From the IMG/VR virus record IMGVR_UViG_3300028591_000098, positions 1 through 64,000 of that record: a stretch of 64,000 nucleotides of DNA; one strand, 5' to 3'. Below are positions 9,618-19,009 of this stretch, one piece after another. Both the position numbers and the translations under genes were made by a program. The notes beneath the pieces are model-generated. The model searched no databases. It saw nothing but the letters and a program-made list of their open reading frames with translations, and was not told where the DNA came from. The stretch's first letter is position 1. The number at the start of each line of letters is the position of its first letter. The DNA is from a virus. Its lineage: Duplodnaviria; Caudoviricetes.

Positions 9618-10279
9618 TGAAACCAATTAACACATATATTAATGAATCGATATTGATAAATCAAATAGATGAAGATTTGTCATTTTTATTGGATGATACT
9701 ATTGATGAAGGAAAAATATCAGATGGTATCAAAAAAGTTTGGAAATGGGTAAAGGGAAAATTTACAGGTAAAAAAGATAAAAGAAAAACAACCGATGTTT
9801 CTTCAGATTATACCCCTGAAACGGATGGAGAATTATCATATAAATTTTATAACTATGGACAAATTAAAGAAAAAATTTTAAGAAATAATAATTTGAATAG
9901 AGTTAATAGTTTTATTACAAAAGGATATGATAATAAAATTAGATTATTATGTGTTGAGAAAAAAGATTTAATAATTGCATGCGCAATATTTGTCAAACCA
10001 GAAAACTATACAAATCGTCCTAGCGAATATTCTAAGTATAATGACTATGGGCATATAATTAAAATTCAAATTGATGAAGACTTTACTAATGAAAATATAT
10101 TAAAAGGAATAGTAAATAAAATATATGATGAATTAGTTAGGAATTCAAACTGTAAGGGATTAACATTAAATTACGAAGAATATAAAATAAATAAAACAGA
10201 TTATGAAAAATATTTAGAAGAGAATTTTAATGTTGATACCATTAAAGATAAAAAAATAGCAGTATTTAATAACAAATAA
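9617..10279 (+). CDS. Tagged protein, possible GNAT-like fold
   Basis: Starts MKPINTYINE; IIACAIF...GHIIKIQID...KGLTL. Confidence 0.5.
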   Translation: MKPINTYINESILINQIDEDLSFLLDDTIDEGKISDGIKKVWKWVKGKFTGKKDKRKTTDVSSDYTPETDGELSYKFYNYGQIKEKILRNNNLNRVNSFITKGYDNKIRLLCVEKKDLIIACAIFVKPENYTNRPSEYSKYNDYGHIIKIQIDEDFTNENILKGIVNKIYDELVRNSNCKGLTLNYEEYKINKTDYEKYLEENFNVDTIKDKKIAVFNNK

Positions 10280-10614
10280 TGAAAGACCTATCAACATATA
10301 TATTAGAAGAACTTGACGATAATTTATTGTGGATGATTGACAAATGGTTTGAAATAAATAATGATCATCTACAAGAATTTATAGAACTTATTGCTAAATA
10401 TAATGATTATAAATTTAATAAAAATGAATTGACATTGGAATTAAATGCTTATGAAAATGATCCAATAAAATTACACATAAAAGAATTTATAAATTTTTTA
10501 GATAATGATATTAATCCTGTCGAAGACAAAGATTATATTCAAAAATTATTAGATATAATTAAATTGGTATGTAATAATAAATCAATAAAAAACAAATACA
10601 TTAAACACATTTAA
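10279..10614 (+). CDS. Tagged hypothetical protein
   Basis: Starts MKDLSTYILE; TAATG coupling. Confidence 0.65.
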   Translation: MKDLSTYILEELDDNLLWMIDKWFEINNDHLQEFIELIAKYNDYKFNKNELTLELNAYENDPIKLHIKEFINFLDNDINPVEDKDYIQKLLDIIKLVCNNKSIKNKYIKHI

Positions 10615-10620
10615 TTGTAT

Positions 10621-11181
10621 ATGAAAAACTTACAAGACATAATACAAGAAAAACTTCAAATTGGATCTAAATCTAAAATTAGTCAATATAAATATCATCC
10701 AAAAGATAAAGGTGAGTTAAAACAATTATTAAAACTATTATTAGATGAACGTGGTAAAGATGCAAATTTAAATGATATTGATACATCTAAAATAACAGAT
10801 ATGTCTAATTTATTTGAAAATTTAAATCCTCATAACATAGATATATCTAAATGGGATGTATCAAATGTTACAAATATGTTATGTATGTTTTACGGATGTA
10901 AAAATTTTAATTCAGATTTAAGTAAATGGAATGTATCTAATGTTGAAAATATGTATAAGATGTTTTATAAATGTCGTAATTTTAATAGTGATTTATCAAA
11001 ATGGGACGTATCTAATGTTTTTAATATGAAATATATGTTTCTTGCATGTAAAAACTTTAATTGTGATTTATCTAATTGGGACATATCTAATATTAGATAT
11101 ATGGATTATATGTTTGATATTACATCATTAGAAAAAAATCCTCCTAAATGGTATATTAAATGGCATAAGAATAATATATGA
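10621..11181 (+). CDS. DUF285/BspA-type repeat protein, paralogue 1
   Basis: ATG at 10621 gives MKNLQDIIQEKLQIGSK; repeats FNSDLSKWNVSNVxNMxxMF. Confidence 0.85.
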   Translation: MKNLQDIIQEKLQIGSKSKISQYKYHPKDKGELKQLLKLLLDERGKDANLNDIDTSKITDMSNLFENLNPHNIDISKWDVSNVTNMLCMFYGCKNFNSDLSKWNVSNVENMYKMFYKCRNFNSDLSKWDVSNVFNMKYMFLACKNFNCDLSNWDISNIRYMDYMFDITSLEKNPPKWYIKWHKNNI

Positions 11182-11222
11182 AAAACTTATAAAATATAAC
11201 AAAATATTAAATATATAACAAT

Positions 11223-11498
11223 ATGAAAAATATAATAAATTTTATTAAAGAGTCAGTATTCACTTATGATATTGATGAAATAGTTGATGCGATTTTAAAT
11301 GTAGCTTCAGATGAATTAGGAAATAAATTCGATAAATCATCACCAGAAGATATTTTAGATGCCGCATATGACGCAGGAGAATTTTCTGAATGTGGAGAGA
11401 TTGCAAGTATAGTTCAAGGTGATGAAGATGAAATTGCCGATTTCATTATGGATAATAGAAAAGAAATATTGAAAAAGATAAAAGATTCAAAGAAATAA
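11223..11498 (+). CDS. Tagged acidic hypothetical protein
   Basis: Starts MKNIINFIKE. Confidence 0.65.
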   Translation: MKNIINFIKESVFTYDIDEIVDAILNVASDELGNKFDKSSPEDILDAAYDAGEFSECGEIASIVQGDEDEIADFIMDNRKEILKKIKDSKK

Positions 11499-11526
11499 AA
11501 ATGAGGAGTTTAAGACTCCTCATTTT
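11498..11526. terminator. Bidirectional terminator
   Basis: aaaatgaggagt-ttaag-actcctcatttt between convergent genes. Confidence 0.75.
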
Positions 11527-12799
11527 CTGTTGTTTGTTTTATATTGTTTTGATAAATTGCATTTGATATATTTGGTCTTTCTTTATTCCAATTATTTAAT
11601 ATATTAATTGCTTGAGAAACTATAAATTTTGCTGTACCTACGGGGACATTTTGACCAATCTTAGCTAAATTACTTTCATCACCATATAATGTAAAATCAT
11701 AAGGCATACCCATAAATGAAAGATATTCTCGTATAGTATATATTCTATTCTCAGTTAGATGTAACATATTTGGCATAGATCTAAATTGTATAGAAGGCAT
11801 AAAATCTTTTACATATTGAATATCATCTCCGTAATAATTAAGACCTAATGATTTCTTATACTTAATATGTTCAAAATATTTTAGTGTACGTTCTTTATTC
11901 TCTATAGGATATTTTTCATCCTTCTTTACATATTCAATAAGCTCATCTATTAATGAATTACGATTTATATAATCCATAATTGATCCATTAATGAAATTTT
12001 TCCAATCATTTCCAAATTTATTATAAATAAAATCTAATGTATAATAATTGTACACTCCAGTCTTCACAGGTATCTCTTGAGTCAATCCTTTAGGTATTTT
12101 ATTTAAATAGTCTTTCAGTGACACGGAGGCCGCTTCAAATGACATCAACGGTGGATTCTCGATTTTATTGTCAGTTATATGTTTTATAAATATAACAAAT
12201 GTACGAGGACGTTTCTGACAGTTATGATGTAAAACAGTATCAGTCTTATAATAAAGAATTGAATATCCCTTATCTAACGCTAATTGATTAAACCATGCAC
12301 GCAATTCATCTCCTCTACTTCCCATTAAGGTAGGAGCATTTTCAAATATAAAAATTTTTGGCTTTATCATACTAAGTGTATAATTTGTCATCCATTTCAT
12401 ATTACAATTACGTGACTCTTTAGTTTCTTTACTTGCTTTTGTAACCATCGATATACCTGAACATACTGGTACACCTACAACTATATCAATATTATCATAA
12501 TCTGGTGTTTGTTCTTCATTATCTTTTGAAATAAATGGATTCATATAATTAACATCAATATCAAACATTCCATTATGTATAGTGTAATATGGAACTTCTC
12601 TATTATGTTTTTCAAGATATTTAATTAAGTTATATTCATTACCTACTCCGGCCATTTCATTAGTCTTTTTAGAATATGTAACATCACATAAACCATCAAA
12701 TGACATTATCCATTCGGCTGGATGTCCAATTGCTTCTTCTGCACCTAAATACATCCCGCCCGTAAGCGGTTGTATACATGCCCATTTTATATTATTCAT
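11510..12799 (-). CDS. C5-cytosine DNA methyltransferase-family protein (atypical motifs I and IV)
   Basis: PLTGG (I), GVPVCSG (IV), FENAP (VI), QKRPRTF (VIII), RIYTIREYLSFMGMP (IX), IGQNVP (X). Confidence 0.85.
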   Translation of the reverse strand: MNNIKWACIQPLTGGMYLGAEEAIGHPAEWIMSFDGLCDVTYSKKTNEMAGVGNEYNLIKYLEKHNREVPYYTIHNGMFDIDVNYMNPFISKDNEEQTPDYDNIDIVVGVPVCSGISMVTKASKETKESRNCNMKWMTNYTLSMIKPKIFIFENAPTLMGSRGDELRAWFNQLALDKGYSILYYKTDTVLHHNCQKRPRTFVIFIKHITDNKIENPPLMSFEAASVSLKDYLNKIPKGLTQEIPVKTGVYNYYTLDFIYNKFGNDWKNFINGSIMDYINRNSLIDELIEYVKKDEKYPIENKERTLKYFEHIKYKKSLGLNYYGDDIQYVKDFMPSIQFRSMPNMLHLTENRIYTIREYLSFMGMPYDFTLYGDESNLAKIGQNVPVGTAKFIVSQAINILNNWNKERPNISNAIYQNNIKQTTENEES

Positions 12800-14081
12800 A
12801 TTTCTTATTGTCTTCTATATATTTTTCAAACATTTGCTTAGATTCATCTAACATATAATTATTAAATTTATTATATATAGATTTACGTTGATGATATTTC
12901 ACTTTACAAAATAAATGATCATTACTAATTAATTGTTCCACTCTTTCTTTAAATTGTTCAGGATTATCAACATACATAAATTCTTTTAAAAAATCATCAT
13001 CTGTATATTGTTTCTTTGAATCATAAGGTGTAAATACAAAAGGAATTATATCAGCCAACATTAAATCAAAATAACGTGGACTTATAAAATCATCAAATGT
13101 AGAAGGATTTGCTATAATAAATGAAGTATAAGAATCTTTACATATCTCTTCAAACAATTTATTATATTCTATTTCTTTAAACTTATCTGCATTTTTAAAT
13201 TCATCTGAAAAATGTCCCTTTGCTTCAATAACTTTTATAGGACCATCAAGAATGTTATAAAATGCTAATGTATGTTTGACTCTAAAATCATCATGTTTAA
13301 TATATCCATGATATTCACTTTGATATTTACGATTTAAAGGATATTCTTTAAATTTATCTTCAAGATTACAATTAACACCTTGCCAATTATATACATTAAA
13401 CTTACACCAATATTTTGGTTTTGTTACTATATTAGGTGAACCAAATTTTAATTTTATTCTTTCATTATAATAGTGTTCATAATCATTACCACAATGAGCA
13501 ACAATTGTATTATCAAAACAATTATGTAATAAACCAGATTCTTGATATTCTAAATAAAGTTTTGCATCAGATGTTTCTTTATTATATTTATAAGGTTTTG
13601 GTTTTTGATCTTCAGATTTATAAAGACGTTTCTCTACCATAAGTGCAGGATTAATTGTCATAAAATCAGGATCATCTTGAATAGTATAATAATGACCATC
13701 CCCATGTGTTTTATACCATTCAACTAATCTATTACAAATGGAAAAATAAAAATCTCCTAATACACCACCAAAAAATACTAATACATGTTGTTTACAAAAT
13801 ATATCATTAATATTTAAATCATTAAAAAGATTAATTCTATCAATACCAAAAATTATTGAATCTTTATCAAAATATTCTTCATTAATTTTCTTTTCTTTTA
13901 TTGATGAACTAATTATATATACTTTATCATATCCAACATATTTTTCAAGATAATCTTTATATGTTTTCATGCCAGCATTCTTAATTCCCATTTTAGTAAA
14001 TGAAATAGGAGAAGTAATACCAATAATAGCAGCGATCTTTCCATGACCGCTGCCTTTTTCTAAATTATTTAATTGCTGCAT
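12792..14081 (-). CDS. DNA beta-glucosyltransferase-like GT-B enzyme
   Basis: C-terminal DDFISPRYFDLMLAD...YDSKK...YVDNPEQFKERVEQL resembles the T4 BGT C-terminus as I recall it; operon context. Confidence 0.6.
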   Translation of the reverse strand: MQQLNNLEKGSGHGKIAAIIGITSPISFTKMGIKNAGMKTYKDYLEKYVGYDKVYIISSSIKEKKINEEYFDKDSIIFGIDRINLFNDLNINDIFCKQHVLVFFGGVLGDFYFSICNRLVEWYKTHGDGHYYTIQDDPDFMTINPALMVEKRLYKSEDQKPKPYKYNKETSDAKLYLEYQESGLLHNCFDNTIVAHCGNDYEHYYNERIKLKFGSPNIVTKPKYWCKFNVYNWQGVNCNLEDKFKEYPLNRKYQSEYHGYIKHDDFRVKHTLAFYNILDGPIKVIEAKGHFSDEFKNADKFKEIEYNKLFEEICKDSYTSFIIANPSTFDDFISPRYFDLMLADIIPFVFTPYDSKKQYTDDDFLKEFMYVDNPEQFKERVEQLISNDHLFCKVKYHQRKSIYNKFNNYMLDESKQMFEKYIEDNKKYE

Positions 14082-14086
14082 ATTTA

Positions 14087-15355
14087 TTAATCTTTAAAAC
14101 AATCATCTATTAATTTATTTGCTATTGCTTTTGCATCACAATTTGCTTTAAATGCATTAAATATTCTATTGCGAAGTTCATCATATTTTTCAGGATTATT
14201 CATAAGTTCATCCATTTGTGATAAACATTCATCAATATTAGACAAATCCTTCTTAAGGAATATTCCCAATCCTAATTCCAATGCGGTTTTGCCTGTTGAT
14301 GTAGCAGTATTATCATACATATGACATGCATTTCCTGCATTCCAATCAAGCAATGGTATAGAACCCATTTCAATCATTTCAAAAATAGAATATTCAAAAT
14401 CATCCCCATAACAACCATCATTCTTAAGATTGAAGAAATCACATCCAAATGCTGATTTTGCAACTATCTGTAATCCTTCATCTCTCTTATATGCATCAAA
14501 TACATAACACCAACCTTTTTTACGTTCAGGTGTATCTAACATTGGATCATCTAAAGATATATTATTAGCAATTCTCCATTTCTTATCTGATGCCATTATG
14601 CATGCAGTTGAAGGAATACGATTACCATCCTTATCAAATGAATAAATCAAATCAGGAATTGTAGATACATTAATAGTTCTTTTAATACCACGCATTTCTA
14701 ATTCATAATCATGTGCATAAAAACTATCTCTACCTCTTAATAGACGTGTTGGATCCTTAAATCCAGAATGACGTCCAAGATATGTAATACGTCTTAATTT
14801 TTCTGTTGCAGGAATCCATTGTTCTTTAACTTTATCATCATAAACATGTGGTAATAACAAATGAACAAAACGTTTGTCAAACTCTTCTTGACCACATGCT
14901 AATGCAATTTTTTCTGCAACCCTTGCTTTAGGTGCAAATGTTATAATCTTATCAAATGCAAGCCAAAACTCTGAATTATGAAGTAATGGCCCATAATATG
15001 CAGCAAACCCACTTGGATTATGATCATTACATACAATTACTTTTCTAGTTGTAATTTTATTCATGAGCATATCCATCCATAAGTTACGATATTTCTCATC
15101 GGCTTTCTTTTCCATAATTGAATTGATTATAACCAAATCTGCATCATTTAAATGCTTAACTGTTTCATCGGAATAATCATATTCAACTGCTTCTGGAATA
15201 TCTTGTGTTCCATTCTTCATTTGTGCTTTTTCATGAGCTTTTACATAAATAATTTCCACATCATGTCCAGCCAATTTCAAACCCTTATTCAATTCAATTA
15301 CGTAACGAGTTACTCCTGAACCCTCAATACGTGCCATTAATTGTATTATTTTCAT
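14087..15355 (-). CDS. DNA alpha-glucosyltransferase-like GT-B enzyme
   Basis: N-terminus MKIIQLMARIEGSGVTRY...GHDVEIIY resembles T4 AGT; YLGRHSGFKDP; FEYSIFEMIEMGSIP. Confidence 0.75.
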   Translation of the reverse strand: MKIIQLMARIEGSGVTRYVIELNKGLKLAGHDVEIIYVKAHEKAQMKNGTQDIPEAVEYDYSDETVKHLNDADLVIINSIMEKKADEKYRNLWMDMLMNKITTRKVIVCNDHNPSGFAAYYGPLLHNSEFWLAFDKIITFAPKARVAEKIALACGQEEFDKRFVHLLLPHVYDDKVKEQWIPATEKLRRITYLGRHSGFKDPTRLLRGRDSFYAHDYELEMRGIKRTINVSTIPDLIYSFDKDGNRIPSTACIMASDKKWRIANNISLDDPMLDTPERKKGWCYVFDAYKRDEGLQIVAKSAFGCDFFNLKNDGCYGDDFEYSIFEMIEMGSIPLLDWNAGNACHMYDNTATSTGKTALELGLGIFLKKDLSNIDECLSQMDELMNNPEKYDELRNRIFNAFKANCDAKAIANKLIDDCFKD

Positions 15356-15383
15356 ACTTTATATAATTTGTTTAATTTAAATT

Positions 15384-15412
15384 AATATAGAAATTTAAAA
15401 TATTTTATTCAT
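15384..15412 (-). promoter_or_regulatory. Recurrent phage promoter motif, internal to modification cluster
   Basis: Minus strand ATGAAT-N17-TATATT with C before -10. Confidence 0.45.
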
Positions 15413-15980
15413 TTAATGCATCTTCCCAAAATTCTGAATATAAATGTATAGTATCTGCATTCCAATATATTTTGACATCATCAATTTTATAAAAAAGTTT
15501 TAATACTTTTAATATTTTATCAATAACTGTTTTATGCCATATCAAATCTGTATCAAATTCTATAACATCATTACTTCTCATATGTACAGTATATTCTAAA
15601 TTGTAGTGATCACCCGAAACTTTAATTAAAAACACATGAATATACATTGTACAAATAAATGCCGGTAAATCATATTCATTAACATCACCCATTATCAATA
15701 CTGCTTGTCTTGAATTAGGATTATCTATTAATCTTTTAATACATTTACTAAATTGATTATTTCTCTCTAATATTGGATCATAATTTTCCTCATACCATTG
15801 TGGGGTCATCCGTTCTAATGGTGGAATGCTTTCAAAAATCTTATCTTTATTTACTTCAAAAATAACATTACGTAATTCTACATATTTAGTACCATTAAAA
15901 CAATTATAACCGGTTTCTTTTATATTATTATTTTTTAATTCTTTCAATAATAAATTTTTAATATCTTCTGTTTTATACAT
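15405..15980 (-). CDS. Shortened thymidylate-synthase-fold protein (second gp42-like paralogue)
   Basis: NPNSRQAVL, FICTMY, MRSNDVIEFDTD, YWNADTIHLY; only 191 aa. Confidence 0.75.
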   Translation of the reverse strand: MYKTEDIKNLLLKELKNNNIKETGYNCFNGTKYVELRNVIFEVNKDKIFESIPPLERMTPQWYEENYDPILERNNQFSKCIKRLIDNPNSRQAVLIMGDVNEYDLPAFICTMYIHVFLIKVSGDHYNLEYTVHMRSNDVIEFDTDLIWHKTVIDKILKVLKLFYKIDDVKIYWNADTIHLYSEFWEDALNE

Positions 15981-15983
15981 TCA

Positions 15984-16754
15984 TTATTTTTTATTGTTTT
16001 TTAATGATTTGTTAAGAGAATTTAAGAATTCATAATGCCCATCAATATTTTGTTTAGTAATAGGATCATTCAATATATTAAAATGTCTTTCATAAATATG
16101 TAATGAACCAGCATTCCAATACATATCACCTGATACTATATGTTTATTCATTTTTTTCGATAAATAATCTGCTAATTCATTTTGAACATAATTCATCCAC
16201 ATAGCGTCGTTATTAAAACCAAATATTGCATCATTTGAGCGAAAATTAACTATACAATCTAATAATGTATTTTTTTCATCATATTCATTTAAGAAATACT
16301 GAACATTTTGACAACACATAAAATCATGCATTCCATTTTTATTATATTCTTGTTGCATGGAAGGTCGATTATAAATCATAATAGCTTCTCTTGTATGTGG
16401 ATCATCTATTAAATGTTGAGCACAATTTTCAAATTGAGAACCATTTTCTTTAGAATAAATACACCATCCATAATTAGAATTTATAAATCCATCTGGAGTT
16501 GCACAAGCTTTCCACATTTTAGGAGCACCTCCAGGAATATCGTTAACGTTTAATGATTGCGATTTATACCAATCTAATTCTTTATGATAATATTCAATAT
16601 TTGGTTCACGAATAATCCATGGTTTATCGACTTCAAAATGTGCATTTTGAATTTCTAATGTTTTTGATTGTTGAACATTATTTCCAATTATTCTAAATTC
16701 ATTTTTCTCATATTTATCGAGAAAAATATAAAAAATATCTTTTGTGATTAACAT
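15984..16754 (-). CDS. dCMP hydroxymethylase (T4 gp42-like)
   Basis: INSNYGW, DPHTREAIMIYNRPSMQ, DFMCC, FRSNDAIFGFNND (Asp at the dCMP-specificity position), WNAGSLHIYERHF. Confidence 0.85.
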   Translation of the reverse strand: MLITKDIFYIFLDKYEKNEFRIIGNNVQQSKTLEIQNAHFEVDKPWIIREPNIEYYHKELDWYKSQSLNVNDIPGGAPKMWKACATPDGFINSNYGWCIYSKENGSQFENCAQHLIDDPHTREAIMIYNRPSMQQEYNKNGMHDFMCCQNVQYFLNEYDEKNTLLDCIVNFRSNDAIFGFNNDAMWMNYVQNELADYLSKKMNKHIVSGDMYWNAGSLHIYERHFNILNDPITKQNIDGHYEFLNSLNKSLKNNKK

Positions 16755-16756
16755 AT

Positions 16757-17299
16757 TTAACTATTAATAAATTTCCAAGCTTCATTATATATATCTTCTA
16801 CATTTCTAAATGTATCATTATCATTGATATATATGATTTTTTTCTTTAATTTTGACTTTTCAAAAATTGTCCTAAAACGATTTTGTTCAATTTCAATTTT
16901 AGAAATATTTCCTTGAGATAATGATTTATTATCATCATTTTTTAATAACAAACTATCCGATGTAGATAATAATTGTATATAATATGCATCAATATTGTTT
17001 TGTAAATATATATCATCAATTTCTTGTATAATATCTATTGCATCTTTATCAGATATGTTACGATATAAACAACCATAAACATACTCACCATAATGACTTC
17101 TATTTAATATTACCACATCTGTATCATATACTTTATTTACTATTGCATATGCATATCCTCTAAATATAGTATTTTGTATATATTTATTTTCAGGTTTAGT
17201 ATAATGAATATTTGTAACTGTTAAAAAATTTTCTGAAAGTTTATTGATTAATGTATTTTTTCCACAATTATCAGGGCCTTCAATAATTATTAATTTCAT
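16757..17299 (-). CDS. dNMP/thymidylate-kinase-like P-loop kinase
   Basis: MKLIIIEGPDNCGKNT; ILNRSHYGEYVYG; start at internal Met 17299. Confidence 0.8.
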   Translation of the reverse strand: MKLIIIEGPDNCGKNTLINKLSENFLTVTNIHYTKPENKYIQNTIFRGYAYAIVNKVYDTDVVILNRSHYGEYVYGCLYRNISDKDAIDIIQEIDDIYLQNNIDAYYIQLLSTSDSLLLKNDDNKSLSQGNISKIEIEQNRFRTIFEKSKLKKKIIYINDNDTFRNVEDIYNEAWKFINS

Positions 17300-17377
17300 A
17301 CATATTAAATACATTTATTTATGTTATTATTAAATATAGAAATAACTAATTATAATTTTTTTATATTTTTTAACAAT

Positions 17378-18994
17378 ATGACTAACAAAAAACAATTTAT
17401 TGATTACAGTAATATTCAAACTGTAGATGAACTTAAGAGCACATTTAGTGAACAAATTAAGGAAAATTCTAATAACATAGATAAAAATATAATTAATGAA
17501 GAACAAAAAGATGATAATAAAAATTCATCTTATTTCTTTAAAAATATTCTTTTCTTTACTAATGATCGTGATGCTGAATCTAATAAAACATTAAAAAATT
17601 TAGAAAAAGCAGTTAAAGGTAAAGGTGTTGAAATTTTCCCATTTGTTGCCGAAGAAGTTGATTATAAAGCCACCGATGATAAAATAGAATGGAGTGACAA
17701 TAAAAACAAATATAAGGTTGATGAACAATCTAATGTTGATACAATTGTCATAACACGTCTTGGTGTTCAAGAATCAGAAGAATGTATGGAACTTATTAAG
17801 GAACTTCAAGACTGGGGTTTCTTTGTAATCAATCCTATTCAATCAGCCAAAAAAGCTTCAAACAAATATCAGTCTTCAGTATTAATGGAACGTTATGAAA
17901 TTCCTCAACCTCGTTTCACACTTATATCTAAAAATGATATATCTAAAGGTGAAGAATCTCTTAATAAAAAACTTAAGGTTATATATCCTGATGTAGGTAA
18001 AGATCCTGAAGAAGATAAGAAAAAAGAATATGTAGTAAAAATTCTTGATGGTCATGGTGGAACTGGTGTAACAATGCAAACTGGTAAGACAATTCTTTCT
18101 ATGCTTCAAATGGTGTTTGCTGTTGATGAAGAACGTGAATTATTAGTACAAAAGAAAGAAGAAGCAGATGGTGGTGATATTCGTGTCCATGTATTGACTA
18201 TGAGAACTCATCAAAAAATTCTTGCACAAATGAAACGTAAAAAGATTGGTGGTGACTTCCGTTCTAATGTATCACTTGGTGCCACAGCTGAAAAGGTTAC
18301 ATTGACACCAGAACAAGAAGAGATTGCACTTAAGGTTGCTAAGATTTCTGGTATGCCTTGGTGTGCCGTTGATATTATGCCACTTGTTAAAGGTTCTAAT
18401 CCAGAAATTGGTGATAATGTAGTTCTTGAATATAATGCTTCTCCAGGTACTGATGGTATATCTGAAGTTATAGAAGATAACTTTATGGAGATTCTTCTTA
18501 ATGAGATTAATGATATTAATGAATTAGTATTGGCTCCTAAAGCTATTGGTTATCTTGAAAATGTAAAATTCACTATGGATAATGATGATGAATTTGAATT
18601 TGAAGCTAAGTTCGATACAGGTAATGGGGCTAAAGCTTCTACAATAGGTTGTGATTCAGTTGACTATAAAGGTAATTTGGTTATCGCAACTATTGAAGGT
18701 AAGAAATATCAATTTAAGAAAGCTGGTGAATCAAGAGCTATTGTTGGTCAAGTAACAGAACCTCGTACAACTGTTATTATTCCATGTATACAAGTTGGTT
18801 CTCGTAAACTTCTTGATGTTGAATTTGCATTAGTTGATAATCGTAAGAAAAAACAAAAGGTTCTTATTAATAGAGATATAATGGCGCGTATGGCTTATCA
18901 AATTAATCCTGCTAAGAAACATATTCTTGAAGATGATTTAGCTTATAGTTTCAAGGAAGAACTTGAAAAGAAGAATTCTACAAAAGATAAATAA
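17378..18994 (+). CDS. RimK-like ATP-grasp ligase fused to retropepsin-like aspartic protease (RimB-like)
   Basis: VVKILDGHGGTGV, GDIRVHV, DFRSNVSLGA, AVDIM, VLEYNASPG; C-terminal AKFDTGNG ... VLINRD. Confidence 0.85.
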   Translation: MTNKKQFIDYSNIQTVDELKSTFSEQIKENSNNIDKNIINEEQKDDNKNSSYFFKNILFFTNDRDAESNKTLKNLEKAVKGKGVEIFPFVAEEVDYKATDDKIEWSDNKNKYKVDEQSNVDTIVITRLGVQESEECMELIKELQDWGFFVINPIQSAKKASNKYQSSVLMERYEIPQPRFTLISKNDISKGEESLNKKLKVIYPDVGKDPEEDKKKEYVVKILDGHGGTGVTMQTGKTILSMLQMVFAVDEERELLVQKKEEADGGDIRVHVLTMRTHQKILAQMKRKKIGGDFRSNVSLGATAEKVTLTPEQEEIALKVAKISGMPWCAVDIMPLVKGSNPEIGDNVVLEYNASPGTDGISEVIEDNFMEILLNEINDINELVLAPKAIGYLENVKFTMDNDDEFEFEAKFDTGNGAKASTIGCDSVDYKGNLVIATIEGKKYQFKKAGESRAIVGQVTEPRTTVIIPCIQVGSRKLLDVEFALVDNRKKKQKVLINRDIMARMAYQINPAKKHILEDDLAYSFKEELEKKNSTKDK

Positions 18995-19009
18995 ATATAA
19001 TATATAAAT

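Noticed and set aside
15984-16754. Canonical thymidylate synthase thyA
   Set aside because: DFMC and FGFNND (Asp) match dCMP hydroxymethylase rather than the PCH/Asn of ThyA
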